DNA from: a virus
Lineage: Duplodnaviria > Caudoviricetes
Direction: 5' to 3' (one strand)
Virus record (IMG/VR): IMGVR_UViG_3300032227_001172
Span: 1-64,000 of that record
Length of the DNA: 64,000 nt
Part shown: positions 58,249-64,000 of the stretch, piece by piece
How the letters are laid out: each line of letters opens with the position of its first letter
Numbering within the stretch: the first letter of the stretch is position 1
Program-made: the position numbers and the translations under genes
Notes under the pieces: generated by a model
The model's input: only the letters and a program-made list of their open reading frames with translations
Told to the model about the DNA's origin: nothing
Database searches by the model: none

Positions 58249-58658
58249 TTAAGAATATTAATTTGGTTAAAGAAATCAATGATACCAATCCAAAAGGCAT
58301 GAATAATGTTAGTCTGGAAACACTAGCTCAAGTAACCAATAATTTTGTTGAGCATATTGATTGTGTCTGTTTAGACGAATTAGCAATACAGCCTAGGAAT
58401 CAGGTTTTCCCTATAATCTTATCCAAGCTTTGTATTGGTGGTAGCTTATCTCTAAAAATGATCAATACTGGCTTACTCGCCAACAAGATTAAAAAATCTG
58501 AATTAACCGGAGACAAGCTATCCACTATACTACCGCATGTAAATTCTGTTTGGTCCGACAATGAGATTAGTGATTATATTAATAAATATTCTTTATTAAT
58601 CAAAGGAATGTATTACGATAATATATATACTATTTATCAACTAGAAAAAACAGCATGA
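58245..58658 (+). CDS. hypothetical protein (remote methyltransferase-like remnant)
   Basis: KLCIGGSLSL resembles LxPGG; no SAM-binding Gly loop. Confidence 0.5.
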   Translation: MIKNINLVKEINDTNPKGMNNVSLETLAQVTNNFVEHIDCVCLDELAIQPRNQVFPIILSKLCIGGSLSLKMINTGLLANKIKKSELTGDKLSTILPHVNSVWSDNEISDYINKYSLLIKGMYYDNIYTIYQLEKTA

Positions 58659-59353
58659 AAATAGCTTGTTGTATCTTATCATATAACATAACAAAAGGAA
58701 TGAAGTCTTTCGGCCCTATTGGACTACTTAAAAAAAATAACAGCGATAAAGAATTAATACTCTATCAAATCGAATATTTGCGTAAAATCTTTGGTTCTGT
58801 TGATATTTACATAGTTACTGGTTTTGGTAAAGAAAAACTAGATAAAAAAATATTACAAAAAAAATATGTTAATATCATACACAATGATGAGTTTAACCAT
58901 AAGAACTATAGTTATGCTTTTAAGTTATTTCTAAAACACATCGAATCTAAACTCGATACCTATCAAGGTATTTTATTTTTAGATTCTAATATTCTAATTA
59001 AATCACTGAAACAAAAGAAACGTACACAATCATGGATTGTAGCCAAACAATATAAAGATATGCCAGGAGCAGAAGATTTTCTGGGTATTAATATTAATGC
59101 ATCTAATATTGTAGAATATTTATTCTATAACATCGGACATCTAAGCTGGTGTAAAAGCTTCTATTTGACTCAGAGAGATACCCATGCTATAATAAAAAAC
59201 ATGGGCCTCTACCACGATAATATGTTTTTGTTCGAAGTTATTAATGAATCGATAGAGCGTCTGGGACTAAAGCTATCTGTAAATCAGGTAGCCTCAAACA
59301 ATAAAGAGATTATAGAAATTAATGGCTTAAAGGATAAATATAAAGTTAAATGA
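58655..59353 (+). CDS. divergent nucleotidyltransferase-fold (LicC-like) protein
   Basis: MKSFGPIGLL, LILYQI, IYIVTGF, N..N; GxGxR loop absent. Confidence 0.65.
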   Translation: MKIACCILSYNITKGMKSFGPIGLLKKNNSDKELILYQIEYLRKIFGSVDIYIVTGFGKEKLDKKILQKKYVNIIHNDEFNHKNYSYAFKLFLKHIESKLDTYQGILFLDSNILIKSLKQKKRTQSWIVAKQYKDMPGAEDFLGININASNIVEYLFYNIGHLSWCKSFYLTQRDTHAIIKNMGLYHDNMFLFEVINESIERLGLKLSVNQVASNNKEIIEINGLKDKYKVK

Positions 59354-60129
59354 AAAAAATATTACTACATAATGGCAATAATAATATTATTAAAGCTATT
59401 AATAAGTATCTAGTTAAAAATCTAGATACTGATAAAACACAAATACTATTCAATAGCTGGCATGGTCAACTATGCTCTGTTTACCAGACCTATAAACCAG
59501 AAATGGTATTTTGGTGTGCTTCAGAATATTCTCAAGAATTTCAAGATTTTATAACAGAATATCATAATAGTACTAAGATTTTTTTGATTGTAGATGTTGA
59601 GATAATGCAGGAGTCCTTGAATAATTTCTTAAACACAATAGATAATGTTAAAATTATTAAAAATGCTAAATTTAATACACACTATAAAAATACTATAGCA
59701 GAATACTCTGATCTGTATGATCATGAAATTTTCTTTGATAAAAATTTATCACGTAATGATAAAACAGTAGTTATACTATCTCCCAACAATGAACGAAACC
59801 ATATGTTGTTGGATGATGTCCTATATCCAAAAAACAAACATCCTATTGTTGTAGTGAATAATCCTGATTTTGATTCCGTAGTTAATTTGGGACTAATAAA
59901 CTATAATGATCTGTCTTTTATTATGAATACTTATAGTAGGGTTATAGATTTAGATAATTTGTTCACATTGGAAGCATCAGCATGTAATATAGACTCTATA
60001 GATATTACCGATAAGGATATCAATGCTGCCTTAGATAACAATATAACTCATTCTAAAATCAATGATTTGAATAACCATACTTATGAAGTTTTTGTTCAAC
60101 AAAAAATATTACCACATATCGGATTATAA
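59350..60129 (+). CDS. divergent GT-B-like protein
   Basis: LEASACN motif; alternating alpha/beta pattern. Confidence 0.5.
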   Translation: MKKILLHNGNNNIIKAINKYLVKNLDTDKTQILFNSWHGQLCSVYQTYKPEMVFWCASEYSQEFQDFITEYHNSTKIFLIVDVEIMQESLNNFLNTIDNVKIIKNAKFNTHYKNTIAEYSDLYDHEIFFDKNLSRNDKTVVILSPNNERNHMLLDDVLYPKNKHPIVVVNNPDFDSVVNLGLINYNDLSFIMNTYSRVIDLDNLFTLEASACNIDSIDITDKDINAALDNNITHSKINDLNNHTYEVFVQQKILPHIGL

Positions 60130-60132
60130 ACA

Positions 60133-60600
60133 ATGAATATAGGTTTTTATCTTTTAGATATTACTAATCAAAATCCTAAGCATCAACAGATATTATCTGC
60201 TATTAATACTTTATGTAAAAATAGACCATACGATAATATTGTATTATTCAACAATCAATTTAATACGGTTGATCTTGATCATAGATATTACACATTACAT
60301 ATGAGCGAGGCTAAATATTTCAAAGGCATTTTGTTTGTTTTTGATATTAAAAGTGCCATGCTAACACGAACGTTTCCAGCACCAAGTAAACAAATTCTTT
60401 TTGTAGATCAAGTCGAATGGCACGAGAAAAAGAATATGCCATATAGATTTTGGCATGATATCTATATGAACGATAGTTTTGAATTAGTAACAGAAAATAA
60501 GGATATGTTTAATCTGTGTGAATTGTGTTGGAAAAAACCCATAGGCAATATTTTCAATTTTCAAGCTAGCGATATAGACCATGTCATACAAAAACTATGA
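60133..60600 (+). CDS. hypothetical protein (Rossmann-like half domain)
   Basis: 155 aa; MNIGFY start. Confidence 0.6.
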   Translation: MNIGFYLLDITNQNPKHQQILSAINTLCKNRPYDNIVLFNNQFNTVDLDHRYYTLHMSEAKYFKGILFVFDIKSAMLTRTFPAPSKQILFVDQVEWHEKKNMPYRFWHDIYMNDSFELVTENKDMFNLCELCWKKPIGNIFNFQASDIDHVIQKL

Positions 60601-61372
60601 TCATTATTCTGATCACGATAAACAGCAAATTATCAAAGACTTATATGTTAAGCAGGGACTAAGCTTTGGTTTGATTGCTGAACAATTAAATACTTATGCT
60701 AATAAAATTAGACGAGATGCTATAAAGTATAAAATTACTATTAGGGATAAAAGCGAAGCCCAGAGTAATGCATTAAAACAAGGAGTACATAAGCATCCAA
60801 CAAAAGGCACTAAACGCCCAGATAGCACAAAAGAAAAAATAGGTAAGTCTGTTATGACAGCATGGGATGGTTTAACTACTAAAGAGCTAAATGATAGAAA
60901 AGAAAAAGCTCAACAACTTTGGAATAATTTATCAGAAGACGAGAAACAAAACAGATTAACTTTAGCCAATAAGGCTGTTAGAGAAAGTAGTAAATTAGGT
61001 TCTAAACTAGAACACTTTCTATTAAATTCTTTGATAGCTGATGGATATAAAGTAGAATTTCATAAAGAACAACTTTTGTCTAATACCAAGTTGCAAATTG
61101 ACCTCTTTCTTCCTACTATGAATATAGCTATAGAGGTCGATGGGCCATCACACTTTTTACCGGTATGGGGCAAAGACACGCTAGCTAAAAATAAAAAATA
61201 TGACGAAAAGAAGAGCGGTTTAATTGTCGGAAAAGGACTTAAATTAATAAGAATAAAACAACTTCATGATTTTTCCAAATCTAGAGGATTAATTGTTTAT
61301 CAGAATTTGATAAACGCAATTAAGGATCTTGATATATCTACTAGTATACGATCTATAGAAATAGAGGACTAA
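60581..61372 (+). CDS. homing-endonuclease-like protein (HTH and NUMOD-like segments plus DUF559/Vsr-like nuclease)
   Basis: LSFGLIAEQL HTH, GTKRPDSTKEKI, IDLFLP..AIEVDGPSH, LIRI. Confidence 0.75.
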   Translation: MSYKNYDHYSDHDKQQIIKDLYVKQGLSFGLIAEQLNTYANKIRRDAIKYKITIRDKSEAQSNALKQGVHKHPTKGTKRPDSTKEKIGKSVMTAWDGLTTKELNDRKEKAQQLWNNLSEDEKQNRLTLANKAVRESSKLGSKLEHFLLNSLIADGYKVEFHKEQLLSNTKLQIDLFLPTMNIAIEVDGPSHFLPVWGKDTLAKNKKYDEKKSGLIVGKGLKLIRIKQLHDFSKSRGLIVYQNLINAIKDLDISTSIRSIEIED

Positions 61373-61375
61373 ATA

Positions 61376-62083
61376 ATGGTTAAGAAATCTGCAGAATCAA
61401 ATACGCCACCAGAAACTATTGTTACACCTAATGATTTAGGATGGACAGATTATGTTTTGAGTTTATTGTCTGATGATGAAAAAATAGCTGGTAATCCCAC
61501 CACAGACGGATTAAGAAGAGTATTTGAAATAGCAATGAATTGTGTGGTAATAGATTCTTCATCAAATGTTGTACAAACTCCAGATCCACAAAACGAGAAA
61601 AGAGCCACGGTTGTTCACAGTATCTCGTATGTATTAAAAAACATTGATCCGAACCTAGAAGAATTAAAATATAGGTCTGTGAGCGGCTCTGCGGATGTTT
61701 ATTGGGGAAACTGCGACAAAGCATTTCGTAATCATCCTGTCGCTGTAGCAGAAACCAGAGCAGAAGGAAGAGCACTCAGAAGAGGGCTAAAACTCAGAAA
61801 AGTGGTAGCAGCTGAAGAAATAGCAGCAGTTTTGGAAGATGATCCTGATGGTAATAATGTTTCCAAAATTAGTTCTAATCAGATTAATTTTATTGATGTA
61901 TTAGCACAAAGACTTAATATTAATGTGTTAAAGCTTGTAAATACACTTGACATTTCATTTGATACTGTATATAATATTACGCATGAAGATGCTATTAAGG
62001 TTATACGACATCTTAACGTATATCAGCAAGACACATCTTCTATCGCAGAAAATATTATGGGGTATCAACCAGAATGGAAATAA
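61376..62083 (+). CDS. Rad52/Sak-like single-strand annealing protein
   Basis: GL..., ATV, GSAD, AETRAEGRALR..L, AEEI. Confidence 0.7.
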   Translation: MVKKSAESNTPPETIVTPNDLGWTDYVLSLLSDDEKIAGNPTTDGLRRVFEIAMNCVVIDSSSNVVQTPDPQNEKRATVVHSISYVLKNIDPNLEELKYRSVSGSADVYWGNCDKAFRNHPVAVAETRAEGRALRRGLKLRKVVAAEEIAAVLEDDPDGNNVSKISSNQINFIDVLAQRLNINVLKLVNTLDISFDTVYNITHEDAIKVIRHLNVYQQDTSSIAENIMGYQPEWK

Positions 62084-62086
62084 ATT

Positions 62087-62419
62087 ATGAAAGTTAAATA
62101 CAAGCCAAATTCACGTTTAGAGTTTGAATTAGAAGGTGCTGGTCAAAAAGAAATATTTAAGGAATTAGCCACAGTACAAGAGATCTTCTCTGAAGATAAA
62201 TGTGGAGTATGTAAAAAGGACAATATTAAGTTTGTTGTTAGAAGTGTTGACGGCAACGACTACTATGAGATGAGATGCTTGTCTTGTGGTGCTGCTTTAG
62301 CATTTGGACAACATAAAAAAGGTGGCACTTTATTTCCAAAGCGTAGAGACGAAAACAATAATTGGTTAGACAATAACGGTTGGTACAAATGGAACAAAAA
62401 TCAAGAATCTTCAGACTGA
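62087..62419 (+). CDS. Zn-ribbon protein
   Basis: CGVC...CLSCGA. Confidence 0.75.
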   Translation: MKVKYKPNSRLEFELEGAGQKEIFKELATVQEIFSEDKCGVCKKDNIKFVVRSVDGNDYYEMRCLSCGAALAFGQHKKGGTLFPKRRDENNNWLDNNGWYKWNKNQESSD

Positions 62420-63432
62420 TAGAAAATATTGTTATTATTGGCTATGATAATGGTTGTTGGCATAGCTTAATTTTTCATACCATATTATTACTAGTAATGG
62501 CTTTGATAGTGGAAATCCCTCCACCAATACATAAGCCTATTGTTTTAACAATCACATCTCATAATACCGAGGATGCATTAAGTATGGATCCTCCTTCTAT
62601 GTCCGTAGCATTTGATGACACTATAGATCAATCCGATGACGGTGCTTCTATGTTGGATCAAGTAGCTTATATTGATACGGCACCAGATATAGTTGACAAT
62701 ATAGATCTTCCAATTTTAGAAGAATATACTTCTTCTCAAACACAGGAGACTATAAATACAAAAGATCTAATGGAAAAGATTGGGAGAAATACAGACACAG
62801 AGCAATATGAACAAGACATTAAAAAGCCTTCATCTATTCCTATTCCGACAACACCAAAGATTAAAGTCAAAACAAATACTGGTGCTATAGCAAAACGTAG
62901 CCAACAGACCACCAATTCAACCAACACCGATAACCCACTGCGTCAACTAATAGCAGATGGTACATCAATAGGCGATGGTATACCACGAGAGGTTCTAAGT
63001 AATGGAGATGGACAAAATACCGGTGATATAGATGGTCGCCTTAAAATGTATGGAGCCAAAACAGGAGATATTCAAATATCTTTAATATGGAATACTGTTG
63101 ATGATATAGACTTACATGTTAATTATTCTAATAGATCAAGCAACGAAACTATTTTTTGGAGATATAGATTAGGCCGTAGTGGTGGGATGCTCGATATTGA
63201 TATGAATGGTAGTGGTCCACAGTCCAATAAGCCCATAGAAAATATTTTTTGGCCCAATAATGCAGCACCATCTGGACAATACACAATTGGGGTACATTTT
63301 TTTAGGTCATGGTCACAAAATAAGACTGTGCCAGTAATAATAAGAGTGCAGACTCTTAAGGGTGTTACTTTCCATAATGCTATAGTTAGATTGGGTAGTC
63401 CTTTAACTATAGTAACAACTTTTTCTAATTAA
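62389..63432 (+). CDS. membrane-anchored protein with a C-terminal YfaP/DUF2135-like domain
   Basis: SLIFHTILLLVMALIV anchor, acidic linker, GDIQISLIWN..DIDLHV..LDIDMN..ENIFW..GQY. Confidence 0.8.
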   Translation: MEQKSRIFRLIENIVIIGYDNGCWHSLIFHTILLLVMALIVEIPPPIHKPIVLTITSHNTEDALSMDPPSMSVAFDDTIDQSDDGASMLDQVAYIDTAPDIVDNIDLPILEEYTSSQTQETINTKDLMEKIGRNTDTEQYEQDIKKPSSIPIPTTPKIKVKTNTGAIAKRSQQTTNSTNTDNPLRQLIADGTSIGDGIPREVLSNGDGQNTGDIDGRLKMYGAKTGDIQISLIWNTVDDIDLHVNYSNRSSNETIFWRYRLGRSGGMLDIDMNGSGPQSNKPIENIFWPNNAAPSGQYTIGVHFFRSWSQNKTVPVIIRVQTLKGVTFHNAIVRLGSPLTIVTTFSN

Positions 63433-63877
63433 TAGGTCCCCATCTGCCATCAGGACAATTAGCATGTTTATTTGCTAATTTATTCTTGTAGTTTTTTTCT
63501 CTAACAATATGACATCCACACAACATACAAGCGTCGTCTTTATAGTAGTTACATTGTTTACAAATGCTTAATCTTTTTTCTATATCTTGTTGTGAACACA
63601 AACCATCGAGATGATCGTCTGCTTTAGGCTTATGAGACTCATCAATAACATTACTCATAATCTTAGTAATATCATTATTATTATTTACTATCTGTGCATT
63701 TTTTAAAACTTCTGGCTTGCCATTAGAAACTTCTTGTGTAAAAAGACTAGTCGCATATGGAAAACATAGAATTTTAGCTTCTGGATTTTCCAAAGATAGA
63801 ATTAATCCACAATTATTACACTTATAAATCTTTTTATTTTTAAAGATTTCGCCTGTTTCTTGGAATTCACAATACAT
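63425..63877 (-). CDS. Zn-binding protein with a C-terminal DUF6171-like domain
   Basis: CNNCG; RLSICKQC..CMLCGC..CPDGRW. Confidence 0.7.
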   Translation of the reverse strand: MYCEFQETGEIFKNKKIYKCNNCGLILSLENPEAKILCFPYATSLFTQEVSNGKPEVLKNAQIVNNNNDITKIMSNVIDESHKPKADDHLDGLCSQQDIEKRLSICKQCNYYKDDACMLCGCHIVREKNYKNKLANKHANCPDGRWGPIN

Positions 63878-64000
63878 TATTGCCAGATCTCATTATTTAA
63901 ACGACTTAAAAAGTTATAACTATTTCTTATATCTTGAGCACTCCAACATATCCAATCTCTGCTATCACAAATTGTTTGCTTGTCTGCTGTTCCAGCCACA
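63877..64000 (-). CDS. 3' end of a gene truncated by the window edge
   Basis: Open minus-strand frame ending ...NNEIWQ-TAA with a TAATG overlap onto the next gene. Confidence 0.55.
   Translation of the reverse strand, partial: VAGTADKQTICDSRDWICWSAQDIRNSYNFLSRLNNEIWQ

Noticed and set aside
383-62927. Short antisense or nested ORFs in the track (e.g. 9657..10067, 17879..18322, 29999..30367, 54120..54476, 61428..61775)
   Set aside because: They lie opposite or inside well-supported genes, have no recognisable motifs, and are expected shadow ORFs
1-64000. Stop-codon reassignment
   Set aside because: Coding density is high in the standard code and TAA, TGA and TAG all end genes at sensible positions
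1-64000. tRNA or rRNA genes
   Set aside because: Intergenic gaps are short and none shows a cloverleaf or T-loop consensus by eye
1-64000. Cellular (bacterial) chromosome origin
   Set aside because: Divergent replication genes, dNMP kinase, fibre-like genes, many ORFans and no ribosomal or housekeeping operons favour a phage, although no capsid or terminase gene lies in this window

Overview
A very AT-rich, gene-dense window, almost entirely on the + strand, from a large dsDNA bacteriophage (probably jumbo-sized), read in the standard genetic code. No tRNA, rRNA or CRISPR array was seen. Order of content: (i) a RuvB motor preceded by a Zn-ribbon/RuvA-domain-III partner; (ii) a thioredoxin / membrane protein / actin-like ATPase operon whose actin resembles archaeal volactin, followed by trypsin- and subtilisin-like proteases; (iii) nucleotide and auxiliary genes (macrodomain, nucleoside deoxyribosyltransferase-like, SET, GuaC); (iv) a sigma factor, ClpP, and bacterioferritin- and DeoC-like genes; (v) virion/fibre genes and a membrane-protein cluster with a papain-like peptidase; (vi) a ~12 kb glycan island (RgpF, GT2s, methyltransferases, RmlB/RmlC); (vii) a replication block (dCMP deaminase, class II RNR, PhoH, RecA, DnaB, primase, dNMP kinase, Cas4-like nuclease, DnaE split into two genes around a DEDDh exonuclease, SSB); (viii) a GT-B cluster, a homing-type endonuclease and a Rad52-like annealing protein. 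Best leads: the volactin-like actin with a putative membrane anchor; the intein-free split DnaE; the Zn-ribbon-RuvA_C adaptor; several enzyme homologues that have lost catalytic residues; a GTGTAT intergenic motif in 9 copies (probable late promoter); and a probable non-AUG start codon. All family calls come from motifs recognised by eye, not from database searches. A Planctomycetota host is an inference only.
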